From an uncultured Fibrobacterota bacterium (GTDB lineage Bacteria > Fibrobacterota > Chitinivibrionia > Chitinivibrionales > FEN-1185), in contig CAVWBU010000036.1 in assembly GCA_963753345.1 (NCBI GenBank), positions 13,477 to 77,476 on the forward strand: a stretch of 64,000 nucleotides of DNA, read 5' to 3'. Shown one piece after another: positions 22,379-31,731 of this stretch; position 1 is the first letter of the stretch, and each line of letters starts with the position of its first letter. A program made the translations under genes and the position numbers. The notes beneath the pieces were generated by a model. It was not told where the DNA came from. It did no database searches and was given only the letters and a program-made list of their open reading frames with translations.

Positions 22379-23773
22379 ATGAGGACGTTCATCAACCTCG
22401 CGATCCGAACCCTTCCAGCTATTGTCCTTATTTTTTTGCCCGTCACAATCCATGCCGCCGTCATTAATGCAACAAGTTGCTCGCAGGCAGACGTGCAGAC
22501 CGCGATAAATTCGGCGGCGAGCGGCGACACCGTGGCAATGCCCGCGGGCACCGGCACATGGACCGGCGTGGTCACCATGCACAAAGGCATAACCCTGCAG
22601 GGCGCGGGGGCAGGCGCAACCATCATCAACAATGCCATGACCGGTTCCTACACCGGCCAGCTTGTCTGCGACACCGGTGCGTTCAGGCGGTTCACCGGCA
22701 TCACCTTCAATGGCAACACGGCCGCGGTCACGGTTTACAATCTGGAAGTAGGCGGCGCGGGCGTGTTCCGCATTGACCATTGCGTCTTTACGGTCCCCTC
22801 GGGCGGCACCGCGGTGCAGCTCTGGGGCGGGACCCTGATCGGCCTCATCGACCACGACACGTTCAATGCCTCGGGCAACGCCGAAATAATCCACAACAGC
22901 GCGTACGGGCCGAGCGACACCAGCGGCTGGAGTTACGACATCGTGCCCGGCAGCGGCGACGCGGTTTACATTGAGGACAATACGTTCTTCAACAACGCCA
23001 CGGGAAATCCCGCCTATTTCTGGGGCTGCTCCGCGGTGCAGTCGTATTACGGCGCGCGCACGGTGTTTCGGCACAACAGCGTCGAGATGGCGCAGATCGA
23101 CCAGCACGGCACGGCCGGCATGATCGGCGCCCGGTGGTGGGAAATCTACGAGAACACTTTCAGCACCACCGTGCCGAACGCAAGCCAGTGCTGCTACATC
23201 ACCCTTCGCGCGGGGAGCGGCGTGGTGTTCAACAATCACCATACCGGCGTCAATCAGGTGGTTGGCTCGATTGATTTGTACGAAGAGGACAGCGGATACC
23301 CGGCGCTGTACCAGATCGGCCGAGGCAAGAACCAGGTGTCCGATCCCGCGTATGTCTGGAACAACGACACCTCCATGCCCGTGGGAAGCCAGACGCCTGC
23401 CATGGTGCAGGTGAACCGCGATTACTATTTGAGCGCAAGGCCTGGGTATGTTCCCTACACCTATCCGCATCCGCTGGCTGCGGGAATCGGAATGTCGGTG
23501 ACCGGACAGCGCACGCGGCAGTCGGCATCCGGGATGATGCTCAGGATCAGTCATGATCAATCAAACCGCACAGTTGCATTTAAATTGCTGAATGTCAATG
23601 GCACCGCGGATATTTCTGTTTTTTCTCTAGCAGGGAAGAGAATCGATTCATTTTCCTGTGCCCCCAATGAAAAGATTCTGCGGGACGCGGCACTGTATCC
23701 AAGGGGCGTATTCGTCGTGAGCGTGCGAGCAGGCACAATCGACCTTGTCAAGCGCGCGCACCTTACACAATGA
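22379..23773 (+). CDS. Secreted beta-helix protein with secretion-type C-terminal domain
   Basis: RBS AAGGAGG; DVQTAINSAASGDTV..PAGT, ITLQGAG, YTYPHPL; FSLAGKRI..GVF tail. Confidence 0.7.
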   Translation: MRTFINLAIRTLPAIVLIFLPVTIHAAVINATSCSQADVQTAINSAASGDTVAMPAGTGTWTGVVTMHKGITLQGAGAGATIINNAMTGSYTGQLVCDTGAFRRFTGITFNGNTAAVTVYNLEVGGAGVFRIDHCVFTVPSGGTAVQLWGGTLIGLIDHDTFNASGNAEIIHNSAYGPSDTSGWSYDIVPGSGDAVYIEDNTFFNNATGNPAYFWGCSAVQSYYGARTVFRHNSVEMAQIDQHGTAGMIGARWWEIYENTFSTTVPNASQCCYITLRAGSGVVFNNHHTGVNQVVGSIDLYEEDSGYPALYQIGRGKNQVSDPAYVWNNDTSMPVGSQTPAMVQVNRDYYLSARPGYVPYTYPHPLAAGIGMSVTGQRTRQSASGMMLRISHDQSNRTVAFKLLNVNGTADISVFSLAGKRIDSFSCAPNEKILRDAALYPRGVFVVSVRAGTIDLVKRAHLTQ

Positions 23774-23886
23774 GGCACCGGATCAGATTACGGCAGCATT
23801 TGGTATTAGGGAAACCTCTATTCGTTCATACGACTTGATTTTGATGTCGCCTGTTTACCAAATGATAAATGACATTGGGGGAAATC

Positions 23887-25452
23887 ATGGACAACCGTTT
23901 TCCGACAACAAGCGCTGCAGCCCGTTCGGTCATGGCACCGGCGCCTTGGGCCACTCTTGTGTTGTGTCTTGGCCTGCTCGGATTCACCCATGGTACAACC
24001 GCTGCAACCTATTACGTCAACAACGCCGCTTCCTCTGCATGCGGAAACGCCGCGGGCGGCGGCACAATGGCCCAGCCCTTCTGCACGATTTCCTATGCTC
24101 TCGGCCGCATTGCCGGAGGCGACACCGTGTATGTACGGTCCGGCACCTACAACGAAGCGCTTTACATAGCGGGACCCGCTGGAAAGACAGGCGCGAACAC
24201 GACCATTTCCGCCTATCCCGGCGACACGGTGGTGCTCCGCGGCGACAGCGTCAACACGGGCAGGTGCAAAATAATAAACACGAGCTTCGTTACGTTTGCG
24301 GGCTTTACGATTACGAATTACAACCAGGGGCTTTTTGTCGACTCGTCGAGCAATATCACCATACGCCGGTGCACCATCCATCATGTCGGGCAGGAAGGGC
24401 TGCACGTCCACGTTAATTCATCCTTCGTTACCATAGACAGCTGCACGGTCCACGATACACGGCAATGGCAGTACAATGGGGAAGGGATTTACATCGGCAC
24501 GGGCGACGCCGCGCCCGTGGACAACACGAACAACGTGACGGTGCGCAATACCACCATTTACAACACCACCGACGAGGGCATTGAGTTCAAGATAGGGACC
24601 CATCACATCACCGCCGACGGAAACAACATCTACAATGTCAACCTGGGGTCCGACTGGTCCCAGAACGGCAATGACGTGGGCGCAATAGAGGTGAACAATG
24701 CCGTCGGGGCCGTCCAGAATTACGGCAGCGATCCGCAGCAGGTGGTGAGGAACAACTACATTCACGACGTCAAGACCGCGATTCGGGCAGGGACGGGAAT
24801 AACCGTCTACAACAATGTCATCCGCAACGTGAGCGGCTACGGGATTTACGTTGACAACCAGTCGAACGATTCCTACACCCGTGCCATGTACCACAATACC
24901 ATCGACGCAGCGGCGGCGAACGCCGTGTTCCATGTGAGCGGAACGCAGGATGTGAGGAACAACATCGGGCCGGCGACGGCAAAGAATCTTCCGACACAGG
25001 ACAGCTTCTATGTGAATAAAGCCGCAGCCGATTACCATCTGGTCAAGGGAGCCCCGCCGATTGACGCAGGCGACGATCTTACGGCGATTGTTCCCACGGA
25101 CAGGGACGGCGTGAGCAGGAAGACGAATGGGCCGCCGGACTTAGGCGCCTATGAATATTCCGGTTCAAGTTTGATAGGTGAACCAGCGATATCTGAACCT
25201 TCTTCTCTGGGAGCCAGATTCTTGAAGGCCGGCATGAATAGAATCGATTTTGCGATACCTCAAACAGGCCAAGTTGATCTTGAAATCATTGACATTTCGG
25301 GAAAAAAGGTCTGCACCCTGGTGGATGCGGAGATGGAAAAGGGCAGACATTCGGTAACGTGGGACAGGCAGGGGTATCATGCCGGGATTTATCTGGTCAG
25401 ACTGGTGGCCGTGGGATTATTGTTGGTGCAGAAAGAAATAATCATGAAGTAA
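23887..25452 (+). CDS. Secreted right-handed beta-helix protein (DUF1565-like start) with T9SS-type C-terminal domain
   Basis: TYYV, PFCTI, GDTVYVRSGTY, DYHL..SPxIDAG-like, DLGAYE; DISGKKV..GIYLV tail. Confidence 0.75.
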   Translation: MDNRFPTTSAAARSVMAPAPWATLVLCLGLLGFTHGTTAATYYVNNAASSACGNAAGGGTMAQPFCTISYALGRIAGGDTVYVRSGTYNEALYIAGPAGKTGANTTISAYPGDTVVLRGDSVNTGRCKIINTSFVTFAGFTITNYNQGLFVDSSSNITIRRCTIHHVGQEGLHVHVNSSFVTIDSCTVHDTRQWQYNGEGIYIGTGDAAPVDNTNNVTVRNTTIYNTTDEGIEFKIGTHHITADGNNIYNVNLGSDWSQNGNDVGAIEVNNAVGAVQNYGSDPQQVVRNNYIHDVKTAIRAGTGITVYNNVIRNVSGYGIYVDNQSNDSYTRAMYHNTIDAAAANAVFHVSGTQDVRNNIGPATAKNLPTQDSFYVNKAAADYHLVKGAPPIDAGDDLTAIVPTDRDGVSRKTNGPPDLGAYEYSGSSLIGEPAISEPSSLGARFLKAGMNRIDFAIPQTGQVDLEIIDISGKKVCTLVDAEMEKGRHSVTWDRQGYHAGIYLVRLVAVGLLLVQKEIIMK

Positions 25453-25558
25453 ATGGGAACCTTGTCACAACCTACGATGAATCGCTATTATGAAATTTAG
25501 CGCCTGGCGGGCAAATACATCCTGCAAAATGAAGAATCGTTTACAAAAGGTAGGTTCC

Positions 25559-27634
25559 ATGAAAAAATCCATTTTCATTTCGCTCATTTTCGCCGGCTCT
25601 GTCTTGGCACAAACAATCCAGTCTCCCATTGCCCCCAGCCGCTGCATCGACTGGACCAAGGCCGGGGTCGAAGGCGGCATCCCGGACCGCACCACCGTTT
25701 ACACCACGCTCAACCCGGGCGCGACCGTTGCGCAGGTCAATGCCGCGCTTGCGGTATGCCCCGCAGGCCAGGTGGTTTATCTGAGCGCCGGTACCTACAA
25801 CTTGACATCAGGGATAGACTTCAACGGCAGGGACAGTATCACCCTGCGCGGAGCAGGACCGGACAAGACGTTTCTGGTCTTCACCGGCAGCTGCACCTGC
25901 CGCGGCATGGGGGCCGACATTTGCGTGGGAGCCGCGAACAGCTCCTACTATGTGGAAACACCGACGCACACCGCAGACTGGACAGCGGGCTTTGCAAAAG
26001 GCACTACCCAAATCACCCTGAGTAACACAACCGGGTTGGCGCCGGACATGGTTCTGGTCATGGACCAGCTCAATAACGATGTGGATGCAGGCGGCGTCTA
26101 TGTCTGCGAAACCAATGGCGTGTGCTCGGACGGCGGACCGGGCGGCGGCGAACAGCCCAACAGGGCGCAGGAGCAGTATGTGAGAGTCACCGCTATCGAT
26201 GGCAATGTGGTCACCATCTCACCGGGCGTGTACATGCCCAACTGGAGCGCTTCGCAGAGCCCGCATGCATGGTGGGGGAGCGCGCAAGGTTTTGCTTTCG
26301 GCCTCGGCGTTGAGGATTTGTCGGTAGACAATACCGGAAACACTTCGACAAACTTGTCGGACATTTACCTTATCTGGGCCTTCGACTGCTGGGTCAAGAA
26401 TGTGGGGGACCTGAATTCCAACCGCAACCATGTGTGGCTGTACCAGACAGCGCACAGCACTGTCCGCGACTGCTATTTCTACGGTACGAAAAATGCAGCC
26501 TCGCAGAGTTACGGCGTTGAATCGTACATGGGTTCCGACAATCTTGTGGAAAACAACATTTTCCAGCATATCACCGGTCCTCTTATGGGCGGCGGCGCCA
26601 CGCCCGGCCTGGTCGAGGCCTATAACTACGCGATTGACGATTACTACACGCCGTCGCTTGCCTGGATGCAGGGCAGCGACTATGCGCATGCGGCCGGCGA
26701 CGGCTATGTTTTGCATGAAGGAAACGACGGCGTCGGATTTACCGCAGACCTTGTCCACGGCACGCACAACTTTCTCACCGCGTTCCGCTGTTACTTTACA
26801 GGATGGGAAACCGGCAAGACCGCGCAGACAGTCCCGATCAACCTTTATGCCGGAAGCAGATTCATGAACATGGTCGGCAACGTGCTCGGTACCCCGAACT
26901 ATCACAACAATTATGAATCGGTTCCGCCCGCATTTACCGGCCACGAGACTTCGATTTACCGGTTGGGCGACAATGGCAATACACTGCCTGCATCGTATGC
27001 GGACCCACTGGTGAAATCCACGCTCCTGCGCTGGGGCAACTGGGATGTGGTGACCGACTCGGCTAGGTTCCTCGCGTCAGAGGTGCCGAGCACCATCAGC
27101 CAGTATGCCAACCCTGTGCCGACCGATCAGACAATTCCGTCGACGCTTTACCTGTCCGGCAAACCAAGATGGTGGCCGTCAACCATTCCGTGGCCGTGCA
27201 TCGGGCCTGATGTGACAGGCGGTGACAGGGCCACCGGACTGGGAGGCCATGCGTATAGGAACCCGGCGCATGTGTGCTACGACAATTCGACCAAGACCAA
27301 CGGTATCCTGAATTTCAATGCGAACAACTGTTATGGAAATTCTTACGCAGATGTGAAACAATTTCCCGGGCTAGGAATTTCAGGTCGGTCAAATGCAGTG
27401 AAGATATTTACAGATGCAGGCCAGAAGATACTATGGTTCGAACCATTGTCGAGTGACATTGCGCTGGTAAGTGTTTCAATGTATGCAATTGACGGGAAAA
27501 GAATATTGCAGAAGTCAATGAATCTGAAGACGGAAAACGTGGTGGATGTGTCGGGGGTGACGGCAGGGGTTTATTTTGTGAGAATAGCCGGGGAGGAGGG
27601 GAAGACGGTACAGAAGGTGATGATTGCGAGGTGA
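25559..27634 (+). CDS. Secreted beta-helix protein, paralog of 20200, T9SS-type C-terminal domain
   Basis: IDWTKAGVEGGIP, ITLRGAGPDKT, WPCIGPDV; YAIDGKRI..GVYFVRI..KVMI. Confidence 0.75.
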   Translation: MKKSIFISLIFAGSVLAQTIQSPIAPSRCIDWTKAGVEGGIPDRTTVYTTLNPGATVAQVNAALAVCPAGQVVYLSAGTYNLTSGIDFNGRDSITLRGAGPDKTFLVFTGSCTCRGMGADICVGAANSSYYVETPTHTADWTAGFAKGTTQITLSNTTGLAPDMVLVMDQLNNDVDAGGVYVCETNGVCSDGGPGGGEQPNRAQEQYVRVTAIDGNVVTISPGVYMPNWSASQSPHAWWGSAQGFAFGLGVEDLSVDNTGNTSTNLSDIYLIWAFDCWVKNVGDLNSNRNHVWLYQTAHSTVRDCYFYGTKNAASQSYGVESYMGSDNLVENNIFQHITGPLMGGGATPGLVEAYNYAIDDYYTPSLAWMQGSDYAHAAGDGYVLHEGNDGVGFTADLVHGTHNFLTAFRCYFTGWETGKTAQTVPINLYAGSRFMNMVGNVLGTPNYHNNYESVPPAFTGHETSIYRLGDNGNTLPASYADPLVKSTLLRWGNWDVVTDSARFLASEVPSTISQYANPVPTDQTIPSTLYLSGKPRWWPSTIPWPCIGPDVTGGDRATGLGGHAYRNPAHVCYDNSTKTNGILNFNANNCYGNSYADVKQFPGLGISGRSNAVKIFTDAGQKILWFEPLSSDIALVSVSMYAIDGKRILQKSMNLKTENVVDVSGVTAGVYFVRIAGEEGKTVQKVMIAR

Positions 27635-27725
27635 GGGGGATTAAAGAGAATATTTTCCTATTTTAGATTTCGACCTTTATTAGGATTTCACGCACGAACA
27701 AAACTGGCAGGGATTGTTCAGAAGT

Positions 27726-27790
27726 GCCGTTCGTGGTGAGCTTGTCGAAGCATGAACGGCCGCCCTTCGACTTGGCTCAGGGCGAACGGC
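27726..27790. repeat. REP-like inverted doublet
   Basis: GCCGTTCG.GGTGAGCTTGTCGAAG paired with CCCTTCGACTTGGCTCAGGGCGAACGGC. Confidence 0.7.
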
Positions 27791-27937
27791 TGTTACCTAT
27801 GTTTTTACCAGAAAAATAGTCTGAACGAAGAAATGCCATTCGTAGTGCACGTGATGAAGCATTGTTGAAGGATGAAAATTATTTTTTCACCAATCTGTTT
27901 TACACGGAATAGGTTATTCTCACCAAAGGAAGACGGA

Positions 27938-29935
27938 ATGAATCATCGATCACTGACACTCTTTGTGGCTCTGTCAATTGCATCCCTTTTCACGTCCTCC
28001 GATCTTTACGCCCAGATAATTCCTGCAAACCGCCGCATCGACTGGTCCCAATCCGGCATTCCAAACGGAATCCCGGCGCGGACAACGATATCCGCAACTG
28101 TCAATGCTTCCACTTTCGGTAATGGCGCAAATGACGCCACTGCCGGAATTCAGGCCGCGCTTAACGCCTGCCCGGCGAACCAGGCCGTCCTGCTTTCCGC
28201 CGGAACGTTCCGCATCAACGCGGGTATCCGAATCCCCAGCAACGTCACCCTGCGCGGCGCAGGGCCTTCACAAACGATACTCGACGCGCACGGAACGAGC
28301 GGCGCGGTTGTCGCGTTCGGCCAGGACGCCACGCCGTACGCGGCGAATTCAATAGCGATTACCGGCGGGACCGCTGCCGGTTCATCTTCCATCACGCTCG
28401 CGAGCGCTGCAGGAGTGAGCGTCGGGTCTTATCTGTTAATTACGGAACTCAACGACACGAGCTTCGTCACCATCAAAGGCGGGGAGGGAAGCTGCACGTG
28501 GTGCGACGGCGGCATCGGCTGGAACGGCACGCGCGCGCTGGGCCAGATCGTGGAAGTCTCGTCCGTGAGCGGCGCGACTATCGGCATTGCTCCGCCGCTG
28601 TACATTGGTTACAGCGCCGCGCTTTCCCCGCTCGCCACGCCGTTTTCCGCCGGCGCAAAGTACGCGGGCCTCGAGAATGTGCAGGTGTACATGAACAACA
28701 CCGGCTATACGGAAAACATCCTCATGAACGGTTCGGCCTATTGCTGGGTGAAAAACATAGAGAGCAATTACGCCGACGGAGACCACTTCCGCGCGTTCTG
28801 GGCGTATCGCTGTGAAATCCGCGACAGCTATTTCCACGACGCGTTTCTCCACTCCCCGGGCCAGACCGACGCCGACGTTTTTGTCGCCGACAAGTCAAGC
28901 GGATTGCTTATTGAGAACAATATCATGAGGCGCATGCATGTGTCAATCATGCTGAACTGGGGCGCGGCGGGCAACGTGATCGCCTACAACTACTCGGCAA
29001 ACGACTTTGACGAAAGCGCCTATAACGTTGTGATGGGCGACCTCAGCATGCACGGTTCTCACCCGATGTTCAATTTGTACGAGGGCAATATCGCAACCTC
29101 GTTCCACCCGGACGGTATCTGGGGATCCAACAGTCATAATACCGTTTTCCGCAACTGGCTTGTCGGAACGACAAAGATATGCAAGCCCCTGTCCGGACGC
29201 GGCGCGGAACAGACAGACTCAGCCTGGTGGGCGTGCCAGGCCAATCGGGCGTGCAATGTTGATTTTGCAGGACGATACTACAATATCCTCGGCAATGCGG
29301 TGGGATCCACGGACCTACTGAATGTCACCTCGTACAACAACGGCACCCATAAAATTCCGTCGGTGCGGATGATCATCGCGCCACAGTACCGATCCTACGA
29401 CGCGACCACCTACTGCTACTGCTTCGGGTACAGCGAGGCGAACGACGACGGCTCCTCGGGCACCTATCCCGAAGACAACACGCTGCCGTACACCACCGCT
29501 TTGCTTCATGGCAATTATGATTTCACGTCCGATTCCATTGTCTGGGACGCGACCATCGCCGACCATAGCCTTCCCGCCTCTCTTTACCTTTCGTCAATGC
29601 CCACCTGGTGGTGCGGTGCGCCGTGGCCGCCCATAGGTCCCGATGTTGCCGGCTATGTAAACGACATTCCGGCCAAGCTTCGGTTTGAGGGCCTTCCGTG
29701 CAATGTAAAAGTTGAAAGGATGATTCTTAAAACTCCGGTTGCAGAATCACGAGAGTGCTACATGATTTACAATGTGCAGGGCAGGCTGATCGCATCTGGT
29801 ATCATCAACGGCGCCGTAACGGCCGCCCGCGTCAAACATCTCGTCGGCCCGATGGGGAGTATGCCCTCTGGAATTTATCTGTGCAGGATGACTCGCAGCG
29901 GTGTAGAGAGGACCGTGAAGGTGCTGGTCAGGTAA
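27938..29935 (+). CDS. Secreted beta-helix protein, third paralog (Pectate_lyase_3/GH55-like N-terminus)
   Basis: RRIDWSQSGIPNGIP, DATAGIQAAL, VTLRGAGP, WPPIGPDV; YNVQGRLI..GIY tail. Confidence 0.75.
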   Translation: MNHRSLTLFVALSIASLFTSSDLYAQIIPANRRIDWSQSGIPNGIPARTTISATVNASTFGNGANDATAGIQAALNACPANQAVLLSAGTFRINAGIRIPSNVTLRGAGPSQTILDAHGTSGAVVAFGQDATPYAANSIAITGGTAAGSSSITLASAAGVSVGSYLLITELNDTSFVTIKGGEGSCTWCDGGIGWNGTRALGQIVEVSSVSGATIGIAPPLYIGYSAALSPLATPFSAGAKYAGLENVQVYMNNTGYTENILMNGSAYCWVKNIESNYADGDHFRAFWAYRCEIRDSYFHDAFLHSPGQTDADVFVADKSSGLLIENNIMRRMHVSIMLNWGAAGNVIAYNYSANDFDESAYNVVMGDLSMHGSHPMFNLYEGNIATSFHPDGIWGSNSHNTVFRNWLVGTTKICKPLSGRGAEQTDSAWWACQANRACNVDFAGRYYNILGNAVGSTDLLNVTSYNNGTHKIPSVRMIIAPQYRSYDATTYCYCFGYSEANDDGSSGTYPEDNTLPYTTALLHGNYDFTSDSIVWDATIADHSLPASLYLSSMPTWWCGAPWPPIGPDVAGYVNDIPAKLRFEGLPCNVKVERMILKTPVAESRECYMIYNVQGRLIASGIINGAVTAARVKHLVGPMGSMPSGIYLCRMTRSGVERTVKVLVR

Positions 29936-29994
29936 ATCAAGGGATTAAAGGTTCCTATCAGTAAATCTGATTATAGATAAAAACAACCGATGCC

Positions 29995-30014
29995 ATTCCC
30001 GCGAAAGCGGGAAT
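29995..30014. repeat. Short REP-like palindrome ATTCCC-N8-GGGAAT
   Basis: ATTCCCGCGAAAGCGGGAAT. Confidence 0.55.
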
Positions 30015-30049
30015 CCATGTATTTTTCTTGTCAGGCATATACAAATCCT

Positions 30050-30799
30050 ATGAAACCCCTGTCCTTCTACAAATCCCTCCGCGACGCCAAGGCTCGCCGC
30101 GAGGCGGACATGTTTCTCGTCGAAGGCGTCCGCGCCGTCACGCAAATCGCAGCGTCGCATCCGGAAAGCATTGTCGAGGTTCTCGTGGAGGAAAAGAAGA
30201 AACCGCCCGCCGGCCTCAAGTATCCGGTGCGGTTTATCTCCCCGTCGCAATTTCGCGCGATATCCACCTCGACGACTCCCTCAGGCCCTCTCGCGGTTGT
30301 CAAGATTCCGGAGGGCGCGTACTCCTCGTCGCTTCCGGCCGACACGGGCGTGCGCGTGCTCGCGCTTGAAGACGTGCAGGACCCCGGCAACGTGGGCGCG
30401 CTTGTGCGCAGCGCCGCGGCGTTCGATTTTTCCGGCGTGGTGCTCAGCGACAAATGCGCCGACCCATTCGGGCCCAAGGCGGTTCAGGCGTCGGCCGGAT
30501 CGCTGCTGTCGCTGTGGGTGCGCAGAACCAGGGAGTTCCACGCCGGGCTGCGCGAACTTGCGGGGAGAGGATTCCGCTGCATTGCAGCGGATGTTCGCGG
30601 GACCGAGCCCCTGCGCTCCGGAGATTCGTCCAGGGTGGTATTGATAATGGGGAATGAGGGAAGCGGCGTTTCCGCCGAAGGCCTTGCGTGCAGTCACAGC
30701 GTAATGCGAATCCCCATAAACACGGCAAAGGCCGAGTCGCTCAACGTCGCGGCGAGCGGAGCGGTGTGCATGTACGCGCTGGCCGGTCTTCGGGGGTGA
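30050..30799 (+). CDS. TrmH/SpoU RNA methyltransferase
   Basis: LEDVQDPGNVG, GNEGSG, ESLNVA. Confidence 0.93.
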   Translation: MKPLSFYKSLRDAKARREADMFLVEGVRAVTQIAASHPESIVEVLVEEKKKPPAGLKYPVRFISPSQFRAISTSTTPSGPLAVVKIPEGAYSSSLPADTGVRVLALEDVQDPGNVGALVRSAAAFDFSGVVLSDKCADPFGPKAVQASAGSLLSLWVRRTREFHAGLRELAGRGFRCIAADVRGTEPLRSGDSSRVVLIMGNEGSGVSAEGLACSHSVMRIPINTAKAESLNVAASGAVCMYALAGLRG

Positions 30800-30816
30800 C
30801 GCGCAGACCGCGCGGG

Positions 30817-31731
30817 TCAGTCGGTGCCGCGCTCTCCCTCATCGACCCTGGTTTTCGTCTCACCATACTCGGTTTCCTTGTACGATACCCCCACCGTCGA
30901 CTTGTATACGTCAACGATCATGTACCCCGACCCCGGGTATTTGTCGCCTATCTTCCAGTTCGGCAGGAGGCGCGCGTTGGTGAAAAAGGGGACGCCGTTG
31001 CGGTAGCCGGACCATCGGGCGTGATAGTGGCCGGAAAAATAGGCGAGAACATTGTGATCGTCAAAGAGCCGGAACAGCTCTATCGAATTGAACACGCCAA
31101 AGCGCGGCGACTCGGGATGAAGCGGATAATGGGAAAACACGATGATCGGCGTTGTTGTCGGGACGAACGCGAGCATCTTTTTGAGCCATAGCTTGGTGGA
31201 CACCAGGACCTCGACCTGTTTCTTGTCGTCGTTTGACAAATCGAGAAATATCAGCACCACGTTCTTGTGAACGACAAGGTAGTCTCCTCGATGTTCTCCG
31301 AACACCGCGAAATAGTTTTTCTTTCCCGAGTCGCCCGGCGCCGTGATGTCGCTGTTGCCGATGACGGGGTAGTACGGCTTGCCTATTTTGTCAAGGTGTT
31401 CCTTGAGCAATTTCATCTTGTCGATGTTGCCGTGGTTCGTAAGGTCTCCCGCCACCACCGCGAAATCCCATTGCTGTACTTCGGTTTTCCATTCGTTGAT
31501 GATCTTCGCGAGCATAACGGCGTCTTTCTCGCCCCGGAAATGGATATCGTTGGCGAAAATAAAGCGGAACCGCCGCTGGGACCGCTGCGCCGGAGATTCC
31601 GGAGGATTGCAGGATTGCACGAGAAGCAAACCGAGGATACATGCCATGCCGAAACCAAGGCAACGTCCCCGCATCAAGCCTGCGAACATGTTCTTCCGTT
31701 CCATACCATGCGTTTTCCTTCCCGCCATCAT
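30817..31731 (-). CDS. Calcineurin-like metallophosphoesterase, probable lipoprotein
   Basis: NDIH, GDLT, GNSD, SHYP, SGHYH; LLVQSC lipobox; ATGA overlap with upstream gene. Confidence 0.8.
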   Translation of the reverse strand: MMAGRKTHGMERKNMFAGLMRGRCLGFGMACILGLLLVQSCNPPESPAQRSQRRFRFIFANDIHFRGEKDAVMLAKIINEWKTEVQQWDFAVVAGDLTNHGNIDKMKLLKEHLDKIGKPYYPVIGNSDITAPGDSGKKNYFAVFGEHRGDYLVVHKNVVLIFLDLSNDDKKQVEVLVSTKLWLKKMLAFVPTTTPIIVFSHYPLHPESPRFGVFNSIELFRLFDDHNVLAYFSGHYHARWSGYRNGVPFFTNARLLPNWKIGDKYPGSGYMIVDVYKSTVGVSYKETEYGETKTRVDEGERGTD

